DNA from: Gracilinanus agilis | Taxonomy: Eukaryota | Assembly: GCF_016433145.1 (NCBI RefSeq) | Contig: NC_058135.1 | Location: 227,811,352 to 227,875,351, forward strand | Reading direction: 5' to 3' | Length of the DNA: 64,000 bases | In this document: positions 13,275 to 25,830 of the stretch, in pieces | How positions within the stretch are numbered: position 1 is the first letter of the stretch | How the letters are laid out: every line of letters starts with the position of its first letter | Position numbers and translations under genes: made by a program | Notes under the pieces: generated by a model | Databases searched by the model: none | What the model was told of the DNA's origin: nothing | The model's input: the letters and a program-made list of their open reading frames with translations, nothing else

Positions 13275-13483
13275 TTAGAGGTGGACTCTCAGCACATCCT
13301 GGCTGGCAACAGGCTTCTTGCAGCTCCCGCAAAGGATGGACAGTGCCCTCTGCCTCTCAGCTAAGCAGGAGCGGCATATCAGGTGGCCACAGGGAAGCTG
13401 ATAAACAGGCTCAGTTTTGAAGTAAGGAGAAAACGTTCTGCTACAAGAGGTGCATCCGGGACCAAGGCTGCTCCAGGTCTGTT
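13275..13483 (-). CDS. UBOX5: UBOX5 last coding exon with C3HC4-type RING finger
   Basis: Acceptor tttttctccccatttcccag|AA CAG, reading (E)QTWSSLGPGCTSCSRTFSPYFKTEPVYQLPCGHLICRSCLAERQRALSILCGSCKKPVASQDVLRVHL, TAA at 13277-13275. Spliced CDS 54+1207+165+209 = 1635 nt = 544 aa plus stop. Confidence 0.95.
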
Positions 13484-15344
13484 CTGGGAAATGGGGAGAA
13501 AAACAGAGGCCAGGATTAGTACACACATGCTCCATGCTGGGGGCCTGGGAAGCAGGGCCCAGAGCAGCAGTTTAAAGGAACATTTTTCTGCAACCCCTGC
13601 TGAGCATTTATGGCAGCTCACAGGTATCACACCCAAGGAAAAAGCCTCACTTATCTGGGTCTACAGAAAGGAGGCCCTAGAAGTCAGGTCCATCTGTCCC
13701 AGGCCTACAGACGAGTGCAGGCTTTCTACATGGAGCGCCTGGCACACCAGAAAGCAAGGATCAATAGTTCACAAAGTCATAGGATTCAATCAGGCAAAGG
13801 ACCTTAGAAATCCTCATTCTATAGACTAGGAAAGGGAGGCTCAAAAAGGTTGGCGAACATGTTCCTAGATCCCACAGGTATTCAAGCAAATTCTGCTCAC
13901 AAAGAATTCTTAGAATTATGGTGGGAGTAATCTGAGAATGTCTGTAATATACAAACAAAACACAGAAATAAAATTTTAGAAGTACAAAATAAACAGAATT
14001 TTTAAAACCCTGGCAGCTTCTGGTTCAGCTCCACATAAATGAATGGGCCTAGTGAGCATCAAGCAACTCTGAGGAGCAAAGCAGTAGCAAAGGGGATGAA
14101 ATACCAAGTGGCAGCCACAGTGGTGGGAAACAGCAATGGGTGGGTGGGCCAGGAGAGAGGCCTGGGAGAGCTCCAGGCACAGGCAACTGGACTGTGACTT
14201 CAGGAAGCCATGGGGGCAATGGCCTAACCCTGCCTCCATCAGGGACTTTCTATGTGAGCTCAGCTTGTGCCAAGTCCTTTCTGCTTCTCAAGTTACCTCT
14301 CCTTCAAGCCAGACCAGCAATGATTCTTGAGTGTTTTTAGGGAACGTAGACAGTCCCATGAATTTTGCTTTGAGAATTTCAGGCCCTATGTTGAATAGCT
14401 GGAGGAATCATGGGGTACCCCAAACTAGAGGAAGGAATTGGGTTCAAATGGGCTCTAAGCTCCTCAAAAGAAAAGTGCTATCTGCCTACAAATCAAGAAA
14501 TCAGAATCTTCTCTTACTCTATGTCTTCCTGGGGATCCTGAGAGCAGCAGGACCTTATAACATTTTCATGCCTTAGGCCAGTCATAGAAGATGTTAATGC
14601 TATCTATGGACTTGGTTAGATGACCTCTATCTTTGTGGCTTTGGGAAGCAGGAACTGTGAAGATGGGATTAACTCTCCCCTGCCCATTTTTAGACTTAAT
14701 CACTGTAGCAGTATATCTTCTAAAAATGGGCAGGGGAGAGTTAATCATATGCTTGGATTTTCTTTTTAGTCATACCTTTCACTAAATCTCTTCAGGACCA
14801 GGGTCCTAAGATCTTTTCTTACATAGTGGCCCCAATTCCAGGATTTTCAGAAGCTCTAAATTGGCTTTGTAAGCTAAAAAAATTACCTTCTCCAGAGCCC
14901 CTAAGATTACTAACGTTTCTCCACTAACTACAGTCCTTATCACAGGAGAATAAGCCCCTCTACTGGTAAGAATGTGCTCCACGTTCCTGAGACCAAACCA
15001 GGGCAGATCTAAAGGAAGCTTATTAGATACATCTCGCCATGGGAAATATCTAGTGAAAAGAAGCTCTTAGTCAATGATATCCCAACTGGCAGAAGACAGT
15101 GTCCTATACCCACCAAGACTGCAGGTTGCTTTATAAGTTGATTCAACCCAAATATTAACATAGTAAAATCTAATTTGCTACAATTCGACTAATTTAAACT
15201 TTGAATATCCAAATTAGGGCTGTCCAGGCCCAAGTTTTTTTTAGAAGAGATGTAAAATATTAAACACTTTCAGACAAAGAACTGATAGATTCGGAGTGCA
15301 GAATGAAGCATGCATTTTCCTTTATCTTTCTTTTCTTTTAAAAA

Positions 15345-15542
15345 AAAAAACCTTTACTTTCTGTCTTAGAATTGATACTAAGTATCAGTTCCAAGACAGA
15401 AGTGTGGTAATAGCTAGGCAAATGAGGGTTAAGTAACTTGCCCAGGGTCACACGGTTAGAAAGTATCTGAGGCCACATTGGAACCCAAGACCTCCTACCT
15501 CCAAGCCTGACTCTCCATCCATTAAGTCATCTAGCTGTCCCC
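15345..15542 (-). mobile_element. SINE1-type SINE in UBOX5 intron 4
   Basis: Reverse-complement SINE1 tail (aaaacctttactttctgtcttagaattg), CORE and head. Confidence 0.82.
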
Positions 15543-17234
15543 TTTGTTTCTTTTATTATTTTTTTTTCTGGATCATGGCTAATGTGGAAATGTGTTTTGT
15601 ATAACTTCATATGTATAATGGGTATTCTATCTCTTGTCTTCTCAACTGGTAGGGGAGAGGAAAGAATTTAGAAATAAAAATAAAAAGTTTAATTTAAAAG
15701 TAAATAAATAAAACATTTACATCTATTTTTAAAAAGTCAAGTTTTCTTTGCAGGATAAAAACATAATCTCTAAGCAAATAGTGTCAACAAAATGCCAAAG
15801 GAATGTCCAACCTCTATAATCTTTGTGAGTGATCAGAGAGGCCCTTTAACACACAAATGACAGATGTAATCATTAACACATCTGTCTTAGACATTTGACC
15901 ATAGCTAATATGTGGTCCCTTTGTAGGAAGAAATATATATTTTTTTAAACTGAGAAAGTAAGGTCATTCTCCTTGCAGACTCCCAGAACCTTGCTGCAAA
16001 GCCTACCTACCTTTAGCATTCCTTGCATTTCCCTATCTATATGAAAAAGTTGGTGTTCTGGAAATTGCCTTCAGGTAATATTCCTACTTTTAAGGCAGGG
16101 AATCATGAACTCTTATCACCTTAGAACTTTGAGAGACTAAATGAAGACCCTCTACTACATCCTCAACAAGAGGCCATGCAGGCTCTGCTTGAATAACTCC
16201 AATGAAAAGGAACTCATTACCTAACGAACTCATTCAAAGGCTAAGCCACTCCGCCTGGAAAGCTCTTTCTTACAGAGTACGAGGTACCTCCTTCCGGTTT
16301 TCCCTAACGCTTTTACTTTTGACTTCTCAGCCCAAGCAAAGCCAGTCCACTCTGTCTTCCCTATGTCAGTCATGTAGATGCTTGAAGCCCACAATTATAT
16401 CCCCCTGATTTTCTCTCAGTCAGATTTACCTTCATTTCTAAATCTTCTCAAATGCCCCACAGTCTCCCCATAGACCTTGGGAACTTGGCATTGTGGGGAA
16501 GCCTTCTCTTCTACACATGGACAGCTAAGTCAGCACTGCGCTAACTATCTTCTACAAAGTCAGAATTCTCTGGGCCTATCAAGCTTTGTGACCTAATTTT
16601 TCATTTAAGCAAAGTGAAGCATGCAGGCTAAGAAATCTGTCCATGACCACTGGGCCAGCTAAGGACTGGGAAAGAGCCTGTGACTGAGGCTCCAAGGTTC
16701 AGACTACAGCCAGGTGGAGGTGTATACATGCAAGGAGCCCTACTAGACTGAGACCCACCAAAGTGGCCATAGAGGAAACCTACTATAGGTTCTCTGGTCC
16801 AAGCTCTTCTAGTCTCTCTCCTTGGACACTGAGCTTGCCCCCTAGACCTCATAGACCTTTCCTGTTAGCAGATATCTAAAACTCATGCAAAGAGGTCAAA
16901 GACTCAGGGAGACAGTCTGACAACTAGCAAACACAAGAAACATTTGCCAGAACCTAGCAGGCTTCTGTCAGAACATGGAGGCCAGGTTGTCAGACACTGC
17001 CAAAACCCTACGTACAGCCCCTAGCTCTAAAGAAAGGGTGACTCAGTCAGTCAAGAGACCTTTCTTTGAAGATCCTATCTGCTTTAAAGAGTCAAACTCT
17101 GCCGGTGAGGCACAGTGACAAGCATCCTCTCTGGCTTCCAGGCACAGCAGCAGAGCCTGGGCAGAGAAATCCTGGGTTAGGAGACGAGGGGTGTCAGGAG
17201 GGGCCTGGCAGGAAATGGGCAGGGCTTACAGTAC

Positions 17235-17399
17235 CAGACCCACTGCTTGAACTCCAGGAGCTGCTGCTGGGGCTCCCTGCACTGAGGAGTTGAGGCTGAG
17301 CCTTCATCAGGCGGCCTGTAAAGGACGGCAAAGTGCTGAGGGCCGAAGTCAAGGCAACATCCAAGCTTTCTGACAATCTCTGCTCATGGGAGATGGCAC
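17235..17399 (-). CDS. UBOX5: UBOX5 exon 4 (165 nt, phase 1-1)
   Basis: Acceptor tctctctgtttctctcagcag|GT GCC ATC TCC CAT GAG CAG, reading (G)AISHEQRLSESLDVALTSALSTLPSFTGRL, similar to mammalian UBOX5 GPLSHEQKLSQSLEIAL. The frame-preserving donor is CTG|GTACTG at 17234; a competing donor lies 5 nt further on. Confidence 0.9.
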
Positions 17400-17466
17400 C
17401 TGCTGAGAGAAACAGAGAGAGCTGTATCTAAGGAGAAATGGATGGTCAGCAAAAAGGGAAGCCATC

Positions 17467-18190
17467 AAAAAAAAAAAAAGTCTAGACATCATACTACAGG
17501 AAATTATTCAAGAAAACTGCCCTGATATTCTTGAATAAGAGAGTAAAATAGATTGAAAGAATCCAAGGATCACCTCCTGCATTAAATCCCCAAATGACAA
17601 CTCCCAGGAATGTATAGCCAAGTTCAAGAGCTCCAAGGTCAAGGAGAAAATACTATAAGCAGCAAGAAACAAACAATTCAGATATCAAGGCACCCCAGTC
17701 AGGATCACACAGGACCTGGTAGCTTCCACACTGAAGGACCAGAAGGCTTGGGATATGATACTCCAGAGGGAAAGAGAAGTGGGTTTACAATCAAGAATCA
17801 CCCAGGAAAACTGACTATATTCTTTCAGGGAACATATGGTCATTTAGTAAAATAGATTTCCAAGCATTCCTGAATAAAAGACCAGACTTAAACAAAAATT
17901 TGATGTCCAAATACAAAATTCAAAAGAAGCATAAAAAGGTAAATAAGAGAGAACAAAATTTAAGGGAGGTCAAATGGTTTATATTCCTATACAGGAAGAT
18001 GATACCTTTAACTCTTAAAAATTGTTATCATTATCATAGTAGTTAGAAGTATACATAGAAGGTGTGGCAGTAAGCTGTTTAAGATGATATATCAAAAAAA
18101 AAAAATAAAGCTAGGGGTGAAAAAGAGGACAATACTAAGAGAAATGGGAAAAGAGAAGTAAAATGGGATAAATTATATCACATAAATCAC
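17467..18190 (+). mobile_element. L1 ORF1 3' part and inter-ORF region, antisense to UBOX5, about 70 bp from the exon 4 acceptor
   Basis: KKKSLDIILQEIIQENCPDIL-type ORF1 sequence (gaaattattcaagaaaactgccctgatattc) continuing to an AT-rich spacer. Confidence 0.85.
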
Positions 18191-19408
18191 CAAACATGAG
18201 GACAGGACTGAGGAAGACTGTAAATAAATGCAAGAAAACTAAGAATTACTTGAAGGCTATACTTTGGAGAAACATACCATTGGGACACCAGTGGAGCATG
18301 CATATGGACATGGACAAATATATCAGAACAGCAAAATTCAACCAGGGAGAGAGGGTCTACTTTTGTAGCCAGGATAGTTGGGCATATTCAAACCAGAAAA
18401 GCATTTTCTATATTCAATTCAATGCATATTTTCTAAGCACCTAGAGCATACCAGGCTTTGTCGTTGGTGCTGAAGAAATTCAATATTTAGCCTTGTATTC
18501 AAGGAGCTCTCAGTCTAGCCAAAGCACTGCACACCAGGAGTTATGATACAAAATGGATATATCAGAGAGGTACATGGTGTTCTGGAAGACTTGAAGAAGG
18601 AGAAATTTCATTTGCAGGGAGAGAAAGAGGGGCATAGGTAAAGCCTAATAGAAGATATTATTGGAGCTAGGTCATAAAGGATGGGAAGATAAAAGGGCAT
18701 TCTAGACATGGAACACAGATAATATGACCAAATGCAAAGAGATAGAATAAAAGGTTAGGATAATGTGAAGGGCAATGAGCTGTCCATCAGGATCACAGAA
18801 TGAGAATAAATAAGACTGGAAAGGTAGAAAATATAGAATAAAAATGTGAAAGATACTAAAGGCCAGGCTAAAGAAATTGAACTATCCTGTAGATAAGAGG
18901 AGCCACTGAATGTTTAAGGGAAAGGGATTAGACTTATTCTACAAAGAAGCAAATTTAGACTTTACAGAAAGAAAAACTTCTAAGTAGACCTAGATGTTTA
19001 ATTGCTGCCTGGAGACAGTGAACTTCATCTCACTGAGGGAAACGGGACTGGATAAGCATCTGTTAAGGCTCCTTATACCTCAGATTCTACAAATTCTGAA
19101 AATACAAAATGCCACTTTTATATTGTGAGGGGAAAGGCAACTATAGGCTATAAGAAGAGATCCTTTTTCTCTGTTGGTAGCCAGCCTGCACTACTAACTG
19201 TTAAAGCAGCCCATCCATTAGTGCTAGGCATTTACATAACCAAGAGGTTCTTTAATGAAGCAATCTTCTCCCAAGAAGGGGTGGTCCTTCTCTTTGCCAA
19301 GGCAAACTCCTCTGCATGCACAAGTGATCTTTCTTTCCATCTTCTCCAGGAGATTGCTTCCTTCATTCTCTCTACTCTTCCATTCACCTTCACTCTATCT
19401 CCATCTCC

Positions 19409-19434
19409 CCACACACACACACACACACACACAC
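19409..19434. repeat. (CA)n microsatellite
   Basis: Perfect AC run of about 13 units. Confidence 0.95.
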
Positions 19435-20554
19435 AAAGTCCAGCTTCCAACCTCAACAATCAATTGCAACTGCAGTCTCCAAAGATCTAGTCAAACCTGA
19501 CTGCCTACTCTCAGTCCTCATCTTTCTTAACATCTCTGCAGGCTCTCCCTACTTCTCTGCTCTTCTCATGATGCTGTTTTCATCTGGTTCTTCTACCTGT
19601 CTGCTCCATCTTGTTCTCTTTTGCTGGATCCTCTTCCAGGGCAGGCCCACTAACTGTGAGCATCCCTGAAGGTTCCATCGTGGGCTCTTTTCTCCCCTAT
19701 GCTATTTCATTTGGTGACCTCATTTATTTAGCCCTAGTCTCTCTGCTGACCTCCAGGTGAGCATCTACAAACCCAGATTATCTGAAGCTTGGCATATCCC
19801 AACCTGCACTCTTTATCTTTTCCCCAAATTCTCCCCTCTTCCTAGATTCTCAATCATCCCTGAGGATGCCATTCTACTCCTGGTCATATCCTTATTGCCA
19901 TCCTCACCTCTTCCCTTTCTCTCACTCTGCCTCATCTAATCAGAAGCCAAGTCTTGCCCATTCTGCCTTCCTCACAGGTCTCCTACGCCCTACTCCAAGT
20001 CTTCATCACCACCTCCTGGCCCAAGACACCACCTGCCTCAGGTTCTCTCTCACTGCAGTCCGTTCTCTCCTCAGCTGTCAAACATCTTCCTAAAGTACAG
20101 TTCTGGCGTGGCCACTCCCCACCCCATAAACCCCAGTGGTTCCTTATGATCTCCTGTATCAAACAGGAAAGCTTCTATTTGGATCAAATGAGTTATTAGC
20201 AGAGTGCCTGGCTTAATAAAGGCAGCTAAGCAATACCATACATAAAGCACTGGACCTAGAAAAACCTGAATTCAAATCTGACCTCACACACTAGCTGTGT
20301 GACCTTAGGTAAGTCATTTAACTTGTCTGCCTCAGGTTCTTCAACTGTAAGATGGGGATAATAATGGCACCTACCTCCCAAGGTTGTGATGAAGATTAAG
20401 TGAAAAAGTATCTGTGAAAGTATTTAACAATTACTTATTCCCTTTCCCCCTTTAAAAACTCTTCCTAATCTGCCTCTTTTCCACCTTTTCGGTCTTCCTT
20501 TCTCCATGACACCTTGTACTTACAATCCAGCCTCCTTGCTGTTCTTACTTAAGA

Positions 20555-20935
20555 CTCAAGTCACCCAAAATTGAATGTAATGGACTTCTCTACTAGGAGC
20601 AATGCAATAACCCAGGACAATTCTGAGGGACTTATGAGAAAGAACACTATCCACATCCAGAGAAAGAACAGTGGGAGCAGAAACACAGAAGAAAAATATA
20701 TGATTGATCACATGGTTTGATGAGTACATAATTGGGGATGTAGACTCTAAATGATCACTCTTTTGCAAATATTAATAATACGGAAATAGGTCTTGATCAA
20801 TGATACATGTAAAACCCAGTTGAACTGCTCGTTGGCTATGGGAGGGAGAAGTCAGGAGGGGATAGAAAGAACATGAATCATGTTAACTATGGAAAAATAT
20901 TCTAAATTAATCAAATAAATAACTTTTTTAAAAAA
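20555..20935 (-). mobile_element. L1 3' UTR fragment
   Basis: Reverse-strand reading matches the L1 3' UTR family seen at 6360-6700 (gtagactctaaatgatcac, aaaacccagt, atggaaaaatattctaa); orientation call tentative. Confidence 0.6.
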
Positions 20936-22924
20936 GACCCAAGCCACTCCATTTCCTGACTCCAGGCCTTTTCTCTGGCTGGCCCCATGTCTGGAACTCT
21001 TTCCTTCCTTATCTCCACTTCCTGGCTTTCTCTGGCTCCCTCCAAGTCTCACTTTCTGCAAGAAGCCTCTGAAACCACCTACCACTTGTCCAGTCTAGCT
21101 GTTTACATGCTGTCTCCCCCATTAGACTGTGAGCTCCTCCAGAATAGGGACTGTTTTTTTCTTGGTGTTCTTCCTTTGTGTGCCAGCTCTTAGCTCAATG
21201 CCTTGCATATAGCAGGCATTTAATAAATGCTTGGTGAGTTGATTATAACTGGGTGGCAAATGCCAGAGTCGGTAATACCACAAGGGTGAGGGCTGCTGAC
21301 ATTTTGCTGCAAAGGGACCAGTCCCTGAGCAGGTCCAGTACCAAAGTAGCCACCGAAAAGCAATGGTCCAGTCTAGGAAGCAGCAGCAGAGAGCTGTGGT
21401 GGTGTCTGGTCTCTGCATCCAGAAACCCGACAGGATGTCTGCCTCAGATCTCCTTATTTTAGTCCCCAACATCTCCTGCAGCTCTACTTCAGGCAGCCAA
21501 AGGAGGCTGTTCCTCCACTGTGTTCATCCAGCCAAGCTTCTCATCCGCCTTCTGCTTGCCTCCATGAGGCCAGCCTGGCTTTATAATAAACATAGCTACA
21601 ACTCTAGTCCTGTGGATTTGTGGGCAATTTCTCCCAACAGGCTATAATTACAGTCTATGTGGCAAGGCCAAGGAAATCTTATTCAACAGGCTGGTCACTC
21701 TAAACATTCACTTTTCCAGATGATCTAGGATGGCACCAACTCACATCTGTTTAGTGGCTTATGGTTCATAGAACACTTTTTAACCCAAATAAGGTAGGAA
21801 GGACAGGTATTAGTTCCTTTATACAGCTGAGGAAACTGAAGTTCCTTGGAGAAGTTGTTAGAAGGCAGCCACTGAATTATGCAGAGAATCAGCCTCTACA
21901 CAGTAATCTAAAGTCTGTTATTTATCTCTTGTATTCCAATACAAGGCAAATCACTTAAATTCTTTGGGTCCATTTCTTTACCTGGGAAAGAAAGTTAGAC
22001 TAGATGACCTTTAAGGTCCACTCCCTATACCTAGAATGCCCCCTTCCCACATCACTGCTAGCCAAAATCTCATTCTCCTAAGAGTTACAGAAATGTATCT
22101 TCCTCCCTTCTTTGAAAAGATGGGATTCTGTGGGTGGGGAATACTACATGTCACTCATGCCTAATAATACTGAATGGCTTTGTTGAACTACTTTTTGGCT
22201 TTCTTTTTTATTCTCCACTACAAGAGATTGTTCTGTGGGTAGATAAGGCTGGGAGGATAGATTAAAAAATTTAAAAAAAATTTTTTAAGTATTAACAAAA
22301 GAATTTGTGTTTCTGTGTGTGCATTAAAGGAAAATAAATAAATGATCTCCTCCTGTCAAGGCCCCCACAAAGGTGCCACTTTATCCATCAAACCACCTTC
22401 TCAGATGAAAAATATTCTTTTTTTATGGCACAATCTGCTTTTTATATATCTATATATCTTATTTTTTCCCTTGAGTAGACTATGGGCTCCTTGATGTTCA
22501 AGGACAGATTTTATTTTTCTGTATTTTATTCTGTATTTACTGTATTTCCTCTCATTGTCTTATAAATAAGAAATACTTAATATTTCTTGAATTAAAAAGA
22601 ATTTTTCTCCAGGCCCCAAAAGTTCTAGAAAAATGACTAACCTTTGGGACACAGTATCCAAATCAGAGAGGAATTTATTAACCCCTAACTAGACCTTTAA
22701 AGTACAAGACAAGGTGTAAATGGAAAAATAACAGGGAGAATATCCTGAATATCACTGAGTAGAGCCAAAACTCAGGTTTTGGGTGCCGGCAGCAGCCCAG
22801 ATAGGCGCTCAGAGAATTAACCCAGCAACATACAATGCTGCATAAATGGATGCAAGCCCAGACACTCCATGGCAACCAAGCCTTGTGGCAGAAGCCACCC
22901 CTATTTAAAGATCAGGGAAACTAC

Positions 22925-24131
22925 CTGATGAGCAATCCATATGTGTCAGGCCTGGCTCCACATCGAGTTTCATTTTCTTAGTGTTGTGCTCCGAGGTAGA
23001 AGATGTGACTGGTGAGTCTGTGGTAGAAAAACAGGAAGGCTCAACAGGAGGGCTGTCATTTGGCGACTGCTCCATGAAATCCCCCTTTCTCTTGCGAGAA
23101 GTCACGGCAATGGAAGAGGGAACTGCCACCCCAGGAATCTGGGCTCTTCCAAGAAGGTTGCAGCCAGGAGCAGTGTGCTGTAACAGGAAATAGTCTATCC
23201 TGGCCTTCAGAGAAGCATGGGGCAGTGGCTGGGAGTGTTGGCTGAAGGCCACCCCTGTAAAGGGGTCACTGGGGACTCGGCCCCAAGCCGCTTCACTCCG
23301 GTTACATTTCTCCAAGGTGCTCTGGTCAATGACCTTGCCAGAGGGAAGCAGCATGGGGAAGGGCATGATCTCCAGAGTGATTGGATCCAGGAATTCCTCA
23401 GGCACATCCTGGATCACATCTGCCAGTTCCTGAAGCCCTGGTGGCTGCTGGCTCTGGGCATGGCCACAGGGCTCACAGTCACTCTCCATTGGCAATGCCG
23501 GGGTAGGGACAGAGGCCGTAGGATTAAAGCCTCGAGGAAGGCTCTGAGAGGCTACCAGCATGATGCTCTCTATGACCTCCTGGGGGCAGGTTTTGGCTGG
23601 TTGGCCCCACACTTCCACCTTCTTAATGCAAGTGACCCCACTGCCAGCGACATGGGTGATACAGATCTTTAAGTGGGATACATGACTAAGAGAGGAGGGG
23701 CCTTTACTCCAGAGCTCCTGAGTTACAGTTCCAGGAGAGGAGAGGGTAGCTTCCAACTGATGGAAAGGTGGCCTGGCCTTGAAGCCCCTGTGGCTGAACG
23801 TCACTCGACTCTGGTTTTTTAATAAGACTCTCCCTACCAAGGTGAAAGCCTCTTTGTCAGTGGTGGCCTGCTCCAAGAGTGAGGGCTGAAACTCCAGGCT
23901 GTTCCAAGAGGCTTTACCTGATGAGGCAGACGTGTACATTTCCAGGCCAGTGATATTTTGGACTCCCCCTGCTGTGAGGTCCACATTAATCTTGCCGATT
24001 TCCACATTAAAGGGAAAGGACACAGTCACGTGGACTGGTGGTTTAATGAAATACTCAGTGCGGAAGCCACGGCTTCTCTTCACGAGGTCTTCAGAGATGA
24101 GATTTTCTACTTCATAGCCATCTGCTGAGAT
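22925..24131 (-). CDS. UBOX5: UBOX5 exon 3 (1207 nt) containing the U-box domain (about 23175-23405)
   Basis: Acceptor tgtttgttgttaaatccag|ATC TCA GCA GAT (ISADGYEVENLISEDL...), in frame with ORF 22905..24083. U-box VPEEFLDPITLEIMPFPMLLPSGKVIDQSTLEKC...SDPFTG...LKARIDYFL. Donor TCAG|GTAGTT, phase 1. Confidence 0.96.
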
Positions 24132-25220
24132 CTGGATTTAACAACAAACAGGAAACATGCTGGTTTGAGCTGACCCAAGGCAGACAGGCTAGATTTTAAG
24201 AAATTACCATTTTAAAGAAAAACTGTTTTAAGAAAACCTATGTGGTTGTTGCTTAGAATTAATTCACAAGTCACGAAGCTTGGGTTCCCCCTTACTCAGG
24301 CAGGTAAGTCTGCAAAGGCAGAATTGCCATAAATAAGCAAGAGCATCTGTCTGGATTTAATAACATTTCTGAGCCTTAGCTCAGATAGGTACAAACTCTC
24401 ATAGTTCAAAGGGTACAAACTTCCAAATTATAAATAAATGTCACTGAAAGGTTACCCACAGGAGTTACCCCTTGTACAACTTCAAGGTACATAGCTTTGG
24501 GAAAACTGTCCTTCCTTGAACTTTCCCACATTTGTATTTGGGTCTTACCAACAATGACAATTCTCTTAGAAAGGCATCCTAGACACAGAATGAGAGAGGT
24601 GTGTCTACTAAGTGTCCATACTTGCCATCCTCAGTGTTCCTCTTCTGAATCCCTGACTGGGATTCACAATGAGCCACACTCGGGAGCCCAGACAGAGCTT
24701 AATTCTTAACCAGACAGAGCTTAATTCTTAATCGTAGGTGGGACTATGTGATCTACCAAGTACTTTACAAAGGTCTCATTTGAGCTTTATTGGAATGGAG
24801 TGTGGAGTTGAAAAGGAAATGGAATTTTTGTTTGACAGGCACTTCTTGCTGGTTAAGCCAAAGTCAGGACTAATAAAGGAGTCTCCAGACTAAGCATGAT
24901 TAGCAGAATTTCTACCTTAGTTATGCCTTTGAACCACATTTTAACTTACCATTTAAGAAGAGAAAATATGGAGGAATCTGATTAGGACTCCACAATAAAA
25001 TCAGTCCCATCTATCTTACAAATCAGTTTACTTTGACCAGTTCAACACAATTAGAGGATTGTTCTTTTAGACAAAGATCGTTTAATTGGTTTTGGAGGAA
25101 ATGGGGGAGTGGAAGTCAAGAAATATAAACTAGAAAAATTTACAATATATTTAAACTTGAACAGTGGATCTGCTCACTTGCCATAAGTTGGAAAGAACAA
25201 TCATTTAACTATTTTTTTAC

Positions 25221-25274
25221 CTTGTTGCAGTGAATTCTTGGTCTGAACTGTGGTAGGCAAAGGTTTATTACCAT
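25221..25274 (-). CDS. UBOX5: UBOX5/RNF37 first coding part (exon 2; whole exon 25221-25315 including 41 nt of 5' UTR)
   Basis: Minus strand reads ATG GTA ATA AAC CTT TGC CTA CCA CAG TTC AGA CCA AGA ATT CAC TGC AAC AAG = MVINLCLPQFRPRIHCNK, the known UBOX5 N-terminus. Donor AAG|GTAAAA (GT at 25220-25219), acceptor tttgtttttccttcaag| at 25316. Phase 0. Too short for the ORF track. Confidence 0.95.
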
Positions 25275-25597
25275 CTTTGCAGATGAAAGGGCAGCATCCA
25301 AGCATCAGAAGTAGCCTTGAAGGAAAAACAAAACCTGGGATTACTGAGGTGGTGTAACTTGATAATTAACTTTCTGAGTTTAACTTAACAGTTCATATGA
25401 AATCTCCAAGAACAGATCAACACAACCAAAACAGTCTCTTAATGCTTAAAGCCTCGGCTTCTTATAAATTACCACAAAGGAACTTTCCTAAGCTAGGCAG
25501 GCAACAGAGCATTGCAATTTTTTTTCCTCTCCCAAAGACTCTGTAATTTTCTCTAATTCTTTTCCCGACTCCCCTTCCACTTTCTTAACAACATTTT

Positions 25598-25804
25598 TTT
25601 ATTTTTTTATTATTTTTATTTTATTTTTAAACCCTTAACTTCTGTGTATTGGTTCATAGGTGGAAGAGAGGTAAGGGTGGGCAATGGGGGTCAAGTGACT
25701 TGCCCAGGGTCACACAGCTTGGAAGTGTCTGAGGCCGGATTTGAACCTAGGACCTCCCATCTCTAGGCCTGACTCTCAATCCACTGAGCTACCCAGCTGC
25801 CCCC
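25598..25804 (-). mobile_element. Young SINE1_Mdo-type SINE
   Basis: TSD CTTAACAACATTTT at 25584-97 and 25806-19. Confidence 0.92.
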
Positions 25805-25830
25805 TCTTAACAACATTTTAATAGACTGAT

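Noticed and set aside
13383-13829. 148-aa plus-strand ORF; likewise 23217..23672 (151 aa)
   Set aside because: Antisense shadows of UBOX5 exons with non-ATG or weak starts and no homology I recognise.
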